From an uncultured Sangeribacter sp. (GTDB lineage: Bacteria; Bacteroidota; Bacteroidia; Bacteroidales; Muribaculaceae): a stretch of DNA of 64,000 bases. A program made the translations under genes and the position numbers. Location of the stretch: positions 3,519 through 67,518 of the forward strand of contig CAZCJC010000009.1 of the NCBI GenBank assembly GCA_964499025.1, written 5' to 3'. Numbering within the stretch: position 1 is the stretch's first letter; each line of letters opens with the position of its first letter. Below are positions 35,763 to 45,619 of this stretch, one piece after another. Below the pieces are notes generated by a model that saw nothing but the letters and a program-made list of their open reading frames with translations, had not been told where the DNA came from and ran no database searches.

Positions 35763-38183
35763 ATGAAATACACCTCCGGTGCTAATAAGTTTATTGAAAC
35801 AATTGTTTGCGTCATTTTTTTGATGACGTTTACCTTTGTATGCGCCGATAAAATCTATTCTCAAGATAAACCGCCGGGAATTTATTCAGAGAAAAAAGAT
35901 TCCATACCTGTTTCTGAAGAGGAGTTGAAGAATGCCAAAGCACGTGATTTAAAAGAGGTAATAGTAACAAAAAAGCATCAAAAATATTCTAAGAAAAATA
36001 ATCCGGCCGTAGATCTTATGCAACGCATAAGAAAAGATAAAGAAAGTCACAATCCGGAGCGGGAACCATATTATAGTTTCGACAAATATGATAAAATGGT
36101 TCTTGCATTCAATGAATTTGATGTTGACCTGACAATGCCAAGCGGGAAATGGAAGAATAAAGTAAGATTTTTCTCCAATTATGTTGATACGGCAGCCTGG
36201 ACCGGAAAAAGAATTCTTGATTTATCATTGAAGGAAAAATACTCGGTTGTTCTTTCAGGTGAAAAAAGAGGAAAAAGGAAAGAGATTATTACCGGTTTGC
36301 GTAGCAATGGCTTGGATGAAGGATTTAATCAGGATAATATCCGATATGTCCTCGAAGATGTTTTCAGAGAAATCGATGTCTATGATAACGACATTACCCT
36401 GATGCAAAATAGATTTGTATCTCCATTATCATCCATAGGAGCGGATTATTATAAATATGAAATAACAGATACTGTCGTTGTTGGTGGTGAAGATTGTGTT
36501 GAATTGTCTTTTTATCCGCATAATCCCGAATCATTCAGTTTTAATGGCAAATTGTTCATTCCGGTTGCTGACTCAGTAAAATATGTTAAGAGGGTAAGCA
36601 TGCGCATTCCGAAAGCAATTAACTTGAATTATATAGAGGGATTGTACATTAGTCAAAATTTTACCCGTGATAGTCTTGGCAATACTCATAAGACGTTGGA
36701 TGATATAAGTGTGGAGTTCAAGATCCTGCCAAATATTCCCAAGCTTTTTACTTCCCGTCAGACTCGTTATGATAATTTCTCATATGATTCGATGCCCCTA
36801 TATGATGAGTACGAAGGAATGTCAGGGGAGGTAATTATAAAAGAGGGTGCAGAAAAAAGATCTGCAGAGTATTGGGAGACTGTAAGGATGCTACCGTTGT
36901 CTTCGGCACAATCAAAAATTGGAGATATGATGAGCCGCTTCCGTAGTGTTCCCTTGTTCTATTGGGCTGAAAAAGTCCTGAATGTGTTGGTCAATGGATA
37001 CATCACTACCGGAAACCCCAGTAAATTTGATATTGGCCCAATGAATACGACACTCAGCTACAACACTGTGGAGGGAATGAGATTCAGGGTAGGTGGTATT
37101 ACTACTCCGGCACTTTCACGTAGATGGTTCGGTCGAGGATATGTGGCTTATGGTTTAAGAGATCGCAAATTAAAATATAAGGGAGAAGTTGAATATTCTT
37201 TTATAGATAAAAAATATAGTTCCCGAGAATTCCCTTTAAATTCAATTCGTGCAACTTATCAGTATGATACTGACCAATTAGGACAGCATTATCTTTTCAC
37301 CAACTCAGATAACGTTTTTTTATCTTTAAAAAGAAAGAGCAGCGACTTGGTGACTTATCGCCGGCTGGCTCAGTTAGAGTATAATCTTGAGTTGAAGAAT
37401 AATCTTTCGTTCGGTGTGGAACTACGTCATGAGGTTCAGGAAGCCACTCCTTGGGTTCCGTTTATTACTGGTACCGGAATTGAAGTTAATAAATTTACAC
37501 AAGCAGTTGGTAAAATTAGAATCAGATATGCTCCCGGTGAGAAATTTGTGCAGGGCATGACAACGAGAATGCCTATAAATATGGATGCTCCAGTCATTAT
37601 GTTGACGCATGAATTTGGTCCGAAAGGATTTTTAGGTTCAGATTTTACTTTGAATAAGACGGAATTATCTGCTCAGAAAAGAATATGGTTCTCCTCCTTT
37701 GGCTATTCAGACATAGTTCTGAAAGGGGGAATTATCTGGAGTAAAGTGGAGTTCCCGGCATTGTTGTGGCAGAATGCAAATTTGTCTTATACAATTCAGC
37801 CTGAATCATACTCACTTCTTAATCCCATGGAATTTGCTATGGATAAATATATGTCTCTTGATTTTACATATTTTATGAATGGATTGATTTTTAATAGGAT
37901 TCCTCTTGTCAAAAAACTAAAATTAAGGGAGGTTTTTACTTTCAAAGGATTCATGGGGTCGTTAAGTGATAAGAACAATCCATATTTAAATAATGAACTT
38001 TTCAGGTTTCCGACCGATAGTTATACAATGCCGATTGGACGAAAACCATATATGGAGATTGGGGCTGGAATAGATAATATATTTTCCATTCTTAGAGTAG
38101 ATTATGTTTGGCGGCTTACATATAGAGATAATCCCGGAATTGATAAAAGCGGATTGAGGATCTCTCTCCATTTTTCTTTTTAG
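35763..38183 (+). CDS. DUF5686-family outer-membrane protein
   Basis: KYSKKNNPAV, FVSPL, YNTVEGMRFRVGG, PYMEIGAGIDNI, terminal HFSF. Confidence 0.8.
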   Translation: MKYTSGANKFIETIVCVIFLMTFTFVCADKIYSQDKPPGIYSEKKDSIPVSEEELKNAKARDLKEVIVTKKHQKYSKKNNPAVDLMQRIRKDKESHNPEREPYYSFDKYDKMVLAFNEFDVDLTMPSGKWKNKVRFFSNYVDTAAWTGKRILDLSLKEKYSVVLSGEKRGKRKEIITGLRSNGLDEGFNQDNIRYVLEDVFREIDVYDNDITLMQNRFVSPLSSIGADYYKYEITDTVVVGGEDCVELSFYPHNPESFSFNGKLFIPVADSVKYVKRVSMRIPKAINLNYIEGLYISQNFTRDSLGNTHKTLDDISVEFKILPNIPKLFTSRQTRYDNFSYDSMPLYDEYEGMSGEVIIKEGAEKRSAEYWETVRMLPLSSAQSKIGDMMSRFRSVPLFYWAEKVLNVLVNGYITTGNPSKFDIGPMNTTLSYNTVEGMRFRVGGITTPALSRRWFGRGYVAYGLRDRKLKYKGEVEYSFIDKKYSSREFPLNSIRATYQYDTDQLGQHYLFTNSDNVFLSLKRKSSDLVTYRRLAQLEYNLELKNNLSFGVELRHEVQEATPWVPFITGTGIEVNKFTQAVGKIRIRYAPGEKFVQGMTTRMPINMDAPVIMLTHEFGPKGFLGSDFTLNKTELSAQKRIWFSSFGYSDIVLKGGIIWSKVEFPALLWQNANLSYTIQPESYSLLNPMEFAMDKYMSLDFTYFMNGLIFNRIPLVKKLKLREVFTFKGFMGSLSDKNNPYLNNELFRFPTDSYTMPIGRKPYMEIGAGIDNIFSILRVDYVWRLTYRDNPGIDKSGLRISLHFSF

Positions 38184-38250
38184 GTAGGTTATATTGATTT
38201 TGTACTAAATTATCAACTTATTATAGGATGAGTTTTATACTGATATATAA

Positions 38251-38928
38251 ATGATATTAACATCGGAATATTTGCAGGAACGCTTTTGTTTTTGGATTGA
38301 TAAAATTGCAGAAGCCGGTATATGGGATAGATCAAAATTCTTACCAGTGGAATTGATAATGAGAAAGAAGTCTAAAAGATTTGCCGGAAAATTTGTGAGA
38401 AAGTATAAATTAGGAGTAGGTGGAGAACGCTTCAAAGATCATATCATCATATATCGGAAGTCAACGGATATATCACCCAAGGAAATAGATGAAATTTTGG
38501 TCCATGAGATGATTCATTTATATATCTGTCAGAATAATTTGAAGGATACGTCTGCCCATGGGAAATTGTTTAAATATTATATGAATGAGATAAATAGGGC
38601 ATTTGGTGATCTTATTAACATATCATTACGATTATCCGGTACAAATGAGAAAGGATCAGGAAGTAAAAATCATTTGTTATTAGTATTATGGTTTGACAAT
38701 AATGAAATTTATTGCTGCGATATAAATCCTAAAAAGATTAATTACTTCCGCAGATTTTTGGATGAGAATCGCTTTAGAAAGAATCTCATGAAATTCGGAT
38801 GGTATACTTCTAACAACACCTATTTTGACTCCTTTGTCACCTGTTATAGGAGCCTCCACGGGAAGAAAATGTCAGCAATTCAATTGGACCAGTTATTTGA
38901 AGAGTGCAAAATAACCCCGATATTATAA
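38251..38928 (+). CDS. SprT-like zinc metalloprotease domain protein
   Basis: ILVHEMIH (HExxH) followed by HGKLF. Confidence 0.8.
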   Translation: MILTSEYLQERFCFWIDKIAEAGIWDRSKFLPVELIMRKKSKRFAGKFVRKYKLGVGGERFKDHIIIYRKSTDISPKEIDEILVHEMIHLYICQNNLKDTSAHGKLFKYYMNEINRAFGDLINISLRLSGTNEKGSGSKNHLLLVLWFDNNEIYCCDINPKKINYFRRFLDENRFRKNLMKFGWYTSNNTYFDSFVTCYRSLHGKKMSAIQLDQLFEECKITPIL

Positions 38929-39085
38929 TAGTTCTTAATTAGTTGAGAACTATATAATTGTGATGGGTAACAAATTTAGGGTAGAATAATCTGTATTCGA
39001 TATTCAGAAGAATACATAAATAGTCTCCCGCCTTTGTTTTTTCTCTTTATAAAGAAAGGCTAAATTTTAGTTTCAAGGCTGTCAT

Positions 39086-39269
39086 TAAGTAGCTCGCTGA
39101 AATAACTGAATATATAAAACGCCGTGATTTTGAATTAATTTTGGTTTCGGATGAAGGAGCATAGCGGCCTATGTAGCTGAAGTCGAAGTCAAAAGTAATA
39201 CAAAAGAACAAGTTTTAGCATTCATTATTCTCATTTTATTTTCATTAATTAATTTTTGTGAGCCACTTA
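39086..39269 (+). repeat. Dispersed structured element copy A (184 bp)
   Basis: taagtagctcgctgaaat ... atttttgtgagccactta; core gaaggagcatag-cggc-ctatgtagctga. Confidence 0.9.
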
Positions 39270-39324
39270 TACTGAATTTTTAATTAAATTTGTAAATTCT
39301 AATCGACATCCATGCATTGAATAT

Positions 39325-41268
39325 ATGAGGATAATAAAAAACATAGGGATAGCAATTGTAACATTGAGTGTATCTTTTGGCGCTTTGTTTGCTGCTCCCA
39401 AGCTCCCGGTAGTAGAGATTCTTGGAAAGAATTATTATGTATATGAGATAAAAAAGGGTGATTCATTATTTGGAATTTCCAGAGAATATGATTGGGATTA
39501 TACGGAATTGCAGAAATTGAATCCTAATGCGATTGCCCCCCTTCAAAAGGGGATGAAAATTTATTATCCCGTTACCGAGAATGATGATCATGTTTACACC
39601 CCGGTAGTAGTTCCGGAAGAAACAGAGTTAACTCCGGTAAAACATGTGGTTAGAAGAGGTGAGACAGTTTACGGAATCTCTCGGATGTATAAGATTCCAA
39701 TTGAAACAATATATGCCCTTAATCCTTCAAGTAGGGAAGGGATAAAGGAAAATGAGATCTTAAAGCTTCAGACGGAAGTGAAAGAGGAGAATGATTCTAA
39801 TACTCCAGAGTATTATACAATAAAGAGTGGAGACACTCTTTATCGTCTTGCCAAGACCTACAATACTTCGGTTGCTGCAATTCTTAAGAAAAATCCAGGT
39901 ATCTCAGAGAAGAATTTCAGGGCAGGAGAAACCATTCGTCTCCCCGAAAGAGGCACAGGGATAAGGAAAACAATTAAAACCGTTGAAGAGGAGAGACTTG
40001 CGTCCTTCTCAACTTATAAAGTAGAAAAGAAGGACACATGGGAATCTATTGCAGAAAAAACAGGTGTCGATAAAGAAGAATTAAAGGAAGCAAATAAAGA
40101 ATTTGGAGACAAACCGAAAAACAAGGCTTTGGTTTCCATCCCCAATATAGATACAATCAGTGTTGAAAGAGTAGTTATTGAGGAGGATCCGCGAGAGTTG
40201 ACGGCTGAGGGTATAGCAGAGATATATGAAGATGTTCACGGACTTTCGGATTCAATTCAGAATGGCTCAGTAAAAGTAGCCTTGGTTCTGTCTGAGCCAA
40301 CCTCCCGGAAAGATCTCGAATTTTCTCGTGGGTTCTTGGCTGGGATTGACAGAATAAAGAGGGGTAAGATAAAAATTGAACTTTCCATTATTGATGGAAA
40401 TAGGCCCTCATCGGAAGTGCTGGAAAATTTATCAGAATTTGAGCCGGATATCTTGTTCCTGACTACGGAGAAGGGGATACCTACTTATCTGTCGGAATAT
40501 GCAGAAATAAGTCAGACACCGATGGTGAATACATTTGATGTTAAGAACGAGTTGTATACTCGCAATCCATACGTGATTCAGCTTCTGACCCCCTCCAATT
40601 ATTTTAATGATGAAATAGCATCGCGTGTGAAAAGTGACTACAGCGATTATACATTGGTTTTTGTTGGAGAGGAAGAATCCGGAGATCAATTGGCTGCTGC
40701 TCTTAAAGATGATTGGAATAAGGTCATCTCTCTTTCTATAGAAGATTTATCATCTTTCAGAATGTCAGAATCCGGGAAATATCTATTTTATGGAAACCCA
40801 TCTAAAAAAGACCAGATAGAAAGTCTGCTTTCGGGAATTATCGAATTAAGGAACACCAATCCTCTTTCTGAAATTATAGTATTAGGAAGACCGAGTTGGA
40901 TCGTGTTTGATGATACAATGGAGGAACAGTTTCACAAATGTAACGTATTGTTGCCATCAAGATTTTATTACGATAAGGATTCCACTGAAGGAAGAAGGTT
41001 TGCTTCTGCATATACATCGTTATTTGATAGAACACCGGCTAAATCTTATCCGATGTATGCCGGCGTAGGCTATGATGCAGCTCATTATTTTATTGAAGGG
41101 CTTGCTAAGTCTGGAAGAGACATGAACATGATGGGAGCCTCAAGATCCGGGGCACAAAGTGATTTTGACCTCTATAGGCCTGGAAACTGGACTGGTTTTA
41201 TGAATCCGACAGTATTCTTAGTTAGATTTACACCATTCAATACAATAGAAAAAATCGTTGTAAAATGA
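39325..41268 (+). CDS. Multi-LysM peptidoglycan-binding protein with C-terminal periplasmic-binding-protein-like domain
   Basis: Four LysM repeats (YEIKKGDSLFGI, HVVRRGETVYGI, YTIKSGDTLYRL, YKVEKKDTWESI), signal peptide. Confidence 0.85.
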   Translation: MRIIKNIGIAIVTLSVSFGALFAAPKLPVVEILGKNYYVYEIKKGDSLFGISREYDWDYTELQKLNPNAIAPLQKGMKIYYPVTENDDHVYTPVVVPEETELTPVKHVVRRGETVYGISRMYKIPIETIYALNPSSREGIKENEILKLQTEVKEENDSNTPEYYTIKSGDTLYRLAKTYNTSVAAILKKNPGISEKNFRAGETIRLPERGTGIRKTIKTVEEERLASFSTYKVEKKDTWESIAEKTGVDKEELKEANKEFGDKPKNKALVSIPNIDTISVERVVIEEDPRELTAEGIAEIYEDVHGLSDSIQNGSVKVALVLSEPTSRKDLEFSRGFLAGIDRIKRGKIKIELSIIDGNRPSSEVLENLSEFEPDILFLTTEKGIPTYLSEYAEISQTPMVNTFDVKNELYTRNPYVIQLLTPSNYFNDEIASRVKSDYSDYTLVFVGEEESGDQLAAALKDDWNKVISLSIEDLSSFRMSESGKYLFYGNPSKKDQIESLLSGIIELRNTNPLSEIIVLGRPSWIVFDDTMEEQFHKCNVLLPSRFYYDKDSTEGRRFASAYTSLFDRTPAKSYPMYAGVGYDAAHYFIEGLAKSGRDMNMMGASRSGAQSDFDLYRPGNWTGFMNPTVFLVRFTPFNTIEKIVVK

Positions 41269-41951
41269 AATTGCGAGCGATCGGTTTATTATTTTTGATG
41301 ATTGGCTTAGCAAGTCTGTCGGCAATGGGACAGACCCATTATTCATCAAACGTAGCAGTTGGAGTGAAGGGTGGAGTGGATCTCTCAAGAGTAATGTTCA
41401 CCCCAAGTATTAAACAAAGTTTTTTATTGGGAGCAAATGCCGGACTTACCTTTAGATATATTGAAGAAAATCACTTCGGTTTGATAGCAGAAGTCAATTT
41501 TGAACAACGAGGATGGAAGGAGGATTTTGAAGAATATCCATTCGAGTATTCGCGAACAGTTGACTACATTCAGATTCCTCTTTTAGCACACATATATTTC
41601 GGTGGGAGAGGACGTTTCTTTTTAAATCTTGGCCCGGAAATAGGCTTTAGGATAGGAGAATCAACAAAAGCAAATTTCGACTATAACAATATAGCCTCAA
41701 TACCTGATTTCCCATCATCAATAAGAAATACCTACCAATATCAGATGGCCGCTGAAAATAAGGTGGATTTTGGTATATCTGCAGGTCTCGGCGGAGAATA
41801 CAATATTACAAAAAGAAATTCGCTTTATCTTGAGGCAAGAGTATATTATGGGTTGGGGAACGTCCTTAAATCCGGTCGTACCGAACACTTCAGAGGTTCA
41901 AATTCTTTATCCATCATGGCAAGTATTGGATATTGGTTTAGAATTAAATAA
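41265..41951 (+). CDS. Outer-membrane beta-barrel (porin family, PorT-like)
   Basis: GVKGG, EVNFEQRGW, YIQIPLL, LEARVYYGL, terminal YWFRIK. Confidence 0.8.
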   Translation: MKLRAIGLLFLMIGLASLSAMGQTHYSSNVAVGVKGGVDLSRVMFTPSIKQSFLLGANAGLTFRYIEENHFGLIAEVNFEQRGWKEDFEEYPFEYSRTVDYIQIPLLAHIYFGGRGRFFLNLGPEIGFRIGESTKANFDYNNIASIPDFPSSIRNTYQYQMAAENKVDFGISAGLGGEYNITKRNSLYLEARVYYGLGNVLKSGRTEHFRGSNSLSIMASIGYWFRIK

Positions 41952-41982
41952 CTAATGGATATCTCCATTGATCCCTAATAAT

Positions 41983-42021
41983 AAAAGTCCGCATATCAGA
42001 TTGGTTGATACGCGGACTTTT
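41983..42021. terminator. Bidirectional intrinsic terminator between porin gene and cdsA
   Basis: aaaagtccgc...gcggactttt stem with A/T tails. Confidence 0.75.
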
Positions 42022-42025
42022 GTTT

Positions 42026-42215
42026 TAAGTTGCCTAAACTAATTTACGAAAGCTAAAAAGCGTGTAAAATAAATTCTTTTATTAATCTTTACAGATCTTT
42101 TGGGCGCATTTTACTCTTCATCGATGTCAACCAAAAGGTTTCCGCCTATCCAAATGAAAAAAGTCAGCTTCAAAATATCTCGAAAAAATTAACAAAAATT
42201 AGTTTATGCGACTTC
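42026..42215 (-). repeat. Dispersed structured element, subfamily 2, copy G (190 bp)
   Basis: TIR aagttgcctaaactaattt / aaattagtttatgcgactt; colinear with 54513-54702. Confidence 0.85.
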
Positions 42216-42224
42216 TATATAATA

Positions 42225-43049
42225 TCAAAGGAAATAAACATCCAAAATTATCAGGTAAATAAGTACTGCTGGAGCAACCAGGAGAAGGGAATCAATTCTA
42301 TCTAAAATCCCTCCATGACCAGGAATAAGATTACCTGAATCTTTGATATGGAGATTTCTTTTTATCAAGGATTCCACAAGATCACCCCACGTAGAGAACA
42401 AAGTCACTATTATAGCAAATGTTATCCAGAGCATTATTTTAGCAGGGAAACCGAAGAAGGCTGAACATGTATAATTGAAAAGGATAGCTAATCCTATATT
42501 AAACAGAAGACCACCGAAGAAACCTTCCCAAGATTTTTTTGGGGATATTCTCTCAAATAACCTGTGTTTCCCTATCAGACTCCCCGTAATAAAAGCGCCT
42601 GTATCGTTAACCCATATAAATATAAATAGAGCTAAAAGCAACATAGGATTATTAAATATATCCGCTATCGCTACCATGCAACCCATAGGAATTCCGATAT
42701 AAATCTGGCTCATCATTGAGGTTGTAAGGCTCTTTACCGAATCATCTGATTGAATATAGAGCTGTTCAATAAAACGCGCTATAATAATAGCTATCCAGAT
42801 TATTATCGGGAAACCGTAAATGCCGAAGCATAGAGAAATGATTCCGGCAATATCAAGTAGAAGAATAGGAATGTTGGTTCTATTCAGTAGTCCGGAGATT
42901 TTACTGAACTCTATTACAGCCAATGTGCCGAATAGAACTCCTAATGCAATAATAGCATCAATGCCGAGAAAGATACAAACTACTATTATTCCGGCATATA
43001 TCACCCCAGATACAGTGCGTATTGCTAATTTTTTTATATCCATGGCCAT
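42225..43049 (-). CDS. cdsA: Phosphatidate cytidylyltransferase
   Basis: WVNDTGAF, ISPKKSWEG, GDLVESLIKR, KDSGNLIPGHGGILDRIDS. Confidence 0.95.
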   Translation of the reverse strand: MAMDIKKLAIRTVSGVIYAGIIVVCIFLGIDAIIALGVLFGTLAVIEFSKISGLLNRTNIPILLLDIAGIISLCFGIYGFPIIIWIAIIIARFIEQLYIQSDDSVKSLTTSMMSQIYIGIPMGCMVAIADIFNNPMLLLALFIFIWVNDTGAFITGSLIGKHRLFERISPKKSWEGFFGGLLFNIGLAILFNYTCSAFFGFPAKIMLWITFAIIVTLFSTWGDLVESLIKRNLHIKDSGNLIPGHGGILDRIDSLLLVAPAVLIYLIILDVYFL

Positions 43050-43063
43050 TTCAAATATTGCAA

Positions 43064-43246
43064 TAAGTAGCTCGCAGAAATTAATGAATAGATAAAACGC
43101 AGTGATTTTGAGTTGATTTCGGTTTTGGCTGAAGAAGCATAGCGGGCTATGTGACTGAATGCAAGACTGGAATTAATATAAAAGAACAAGTTTTAGCATT
43201 CATTAAGCCATTTTATATACATTAATTAATTTTTGTGAGCTACTTA
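43064..43246 (+). repeat. Dispersed structured element copy B (183 bp)
   Basis: taagtagctcgcagaaattaat ... attaatttttgtgagctactta; core gaagaagcatag-cggg-ctatgtgactga. Confidence 0.9.
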
Positions 43247-43411
43247 TCAATTATAAGCTGATTGATTGCATCATAATATTAATGATTCAAGACAAATTGA
43301 AATATTTGGTTGAATCAAGACAAAGTTATAAATTATCCGGTATATATGCAAGAAGAGGGCGTTGTGTCAAAATTCAAAATTTTAGCACAACGCCCTCTTG
43401 GAGAATAAATC

Positions 43412-44209
43412 TTATAACTCCCCTATATCCTTTGGAAGAGCAGCTATTCGATAGTCATGTTTTTTAATAAATTTTGTAATGGCATCACGTATATCACTCG
43501 GATCAATATCAACCTCTATTCTCTTTACAGCATTGAAAAGTGAAGTTTGAGATTGATAGATATGCCGATAGCACTTTGCAATATCATCAATTATTTCCTC
43601 CTTAAACTTCCCTTTTCTCAGAATATAGGCATTTACCCCGAAGTATTCTATGGGATTATGAGCCATTATACAGAATGGAGGTACATTGTTGTTGACACGG
43701 CATCCTCCTTTGATAAGAACCCATTCAGCAACATCGCAATTCTCATGAACCAGAGCATTTGAAGAAAGGATTGTATAATCACCTATCCTGCAAGCACCGG
43801 CAATCTTTGCTGCGTTTCCAATCACGACATAGTTCCCCACCATCGTATCGTGGCCAATGTGGCTCTGAGCCATGATGAAAGAGTTGCTTCCTATCATCGT
43901 GGATTTTCCTTCATGGATACTTCTATTAATGATAACATGTTCTCTGATTACATTGTTATCACCGATTTCCACATAAGAATCTTCTCCTTTCCAGCGGAAA
44001 TCCTGCGGAGACGCAGAAATTACACAACCATCGTAGAATTTGTTGTTCTTTCCGATTCTTGCGCCCGACCGAATACTGACGTGAGGGCCAATCACACATC
44101 CTTCGCCTATCTCAACATTGCCATCGACAAAAGCAAAAGCCATGATCGTGACATTATCTCCAATTTTGGCATCCGGGTGTACAAATGCCAGCGGACTAAT
44201 ATTAAACAT
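43412..44209 (-). CDS. LpxA-like left-handed beta-helix acyltransferase (divergent paralog)
   Basis: Hexapeptide repeats, SPQDF, SHIGHD, VPPF, FGVN; several E. coli LpxA active-site residues differ. Confidence 0.8.
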   Translation of the reverse strand: MFNISPLAFVHPDAKIGDNVTIMAFAFVDGNVEIGEGCVIGPHVSIRSGARIGKNNKFYDGCVISASPQDFRWKGEDSYVEIGDNNVIREHVIINRSIHEGKSTMIGSNSFIMAQSHIGHDTMVGNYVVIGNAAKIAGACRIGDYTILSSNALVHENCDVAEWVLIKGGCRVNNNVPPFCIMAHNPIEYFGVNAYILRKGKFKEEIIDDIAKCYRHIYQSQTSLFNAVKRIEVDIDPSDIRDAITKFIKKHDYRIAALPKDIGEL

Positions 44210-44230
44210 GGTTAAAAGATTTTAGGCTGT

Positions 44231-45610
44231 TTATCTTCCGCCACCTACTGCCTGATAAAGGCTAATCAGGGAAGCAACCTGAGTATGCCAGGATGCAAGG
44301 CTCGATAACTGCGCGCTCAATAAGCTTGATCGGGCTGTCAGAACCTCAAGATAGGTGGTTTTCTGATCTAAAGTTAATAATTCTTGTGTATATTCAACTG
44401 ATTTTTCGAGATTATCAATCTGTTGCTCAAGATATGTCCTCTTTTCCTTATTGTTAGCAATCTTAGCAAGAGCGTCACTGACATCAGCGCTTGCACTCAA
44501 TACAGATTTCTCAAAAGCATTCATAGCTTGTTTCTGGCGTGCTTTGGCAGCCTCAAGGGTAGCTATATTCTGTCCTCTGGAGAACAATGGAGCTGCGAGC
44601 TGACCGGCAAGCTGAATAAACCATTTGCCAGGGTTGGTAATAAATGACCCTAAAAGATTTGTAAAACCGCCTTGAGCAGATATGGAAAGGGTAGGATAGA
44701 AAGCAGCACGAGCACTGTTGGTTGTGTAATATGCAGCTGCCAAACCTCTTTCCGCAGCTTTAACATCAGGCCTGACAGCAAGATACGACATGGGAATTCC
44801 TGCATTGATATCCACGGGCAAGTTAAAATTCAGGTCAGATGTAACTTTCCATTCTTGTGGATAGGTGTTGAGCAAAAGGGAAAGAGTGTTGGAAGTTTCA
44901 ATAATTCCTTGCTCAATATCCGGAATTGAGGACATGATGCTCCAATAGTTGGCAGTACTCTGAACAACGGCAGCTTCATTTACATAAGCAGCTTCCTTCA
45001 TCAGTTTCATGGATTCTACCTGATCTTTCCAAATCTCTGACGTGCGTTTAGTCAGGTCAAGCTGCTGATTGAGGAGCACCAGAGCATAATATGTGTTTGC
45101 AACGCCACATATAATTTGAGATCTTACAGCTTGCTCATAAGCTTCCATCTGCTCAACGCTTACTTTCGCTCCACGTTTCCTGTTGAGAATTTTAGCAAAA
45201 ACATCTATTTCCCAAGATGATGCCAATGGAATCGTATAACTCCAATCCATATGACTTCCACCATAGCTTGCCGTTCCGCCATTGGGATTCAACGCAAGTG
45301 AGGGAAAATAGCTGAGCTTGGCTCCTTTCAGCTGAGCCTGAGCGATCTCGACATTCTTTTTTGCATCATCCAAATCTGTATTATTAGCAAGTGCCTGACG
45401 GATATAATCCTGGAGAATGGGATCGGTGAATACTTTTTCCCAGCCAAGATAAGGAAGTGAAGTGGAATCAGGTTGAATCTCAGACGCTTTCTGATACTCC
45501 TGAGTAAATTTGTTATTTTCGGCCGGGAAGTCATATTTCCGGTAGATGTGACAGCTGCTCAATGCAACTGTCACTACCGTTAATAAGAAATATTTAATTG
45601 ATTTATTCAT
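44231..45610 (-). CDS. RND efflux outer-membrane factor lipoprotein (TolC/OprM family)
   Basis: Lipobox LSSC, ALANNTDL, SWEIDVF, RPDVKAAE, LYQAVGGG. Confidence 0.92.
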   Translation of the reverse strand: MNKSIKYFLLTVVTVALSSCHIYRKYDFPAENNKFTQEYQKASEIQPDSTSLPYLGWEKVFTDPILQDYIRQALANNTDLDDAKKNVEIAQAQLKGAKLSYFPSLALNPNGGTASYGGSHMDWSYTIPLASSWEIDVFAKILNRKRGAKVSVEQMEAYEQAVRSQIICGVANTYYALVLLNQQLDLTKRTSEIWKDQVESMKLMKEAAYVNEAAVVQSTANYWSIMSSIPDIEQGIIETSNTLSLLLNTYPQEWKVTSDLNFNLPVDINAGIPMSYLAVRPDVKAAERGLAAAYYTTNSARAAFYPTLSISAQGGFTNLLGSFITNPGKWFIQLAGQLAAPLFSRGQNIATLEAAKARQKQAMNAFEKSVLSASADVSDALAKIANNKEKRTYLEQQIDNLEKSVEYTQELLTLDQKTTYLEVLTARSSLLSAQLSSLASWHTQVASLISLYQAVGGGR

Positions 45611-45619
45611 TGTTAGAAA

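Noticed and set aside
39255-39292. Element TIR TTTG acting as an outward -33 box with a downstream TAnnTTTG (also at copy C)
   Set aside because: Spacing is 25-26 nt versus the canonical 19-21.
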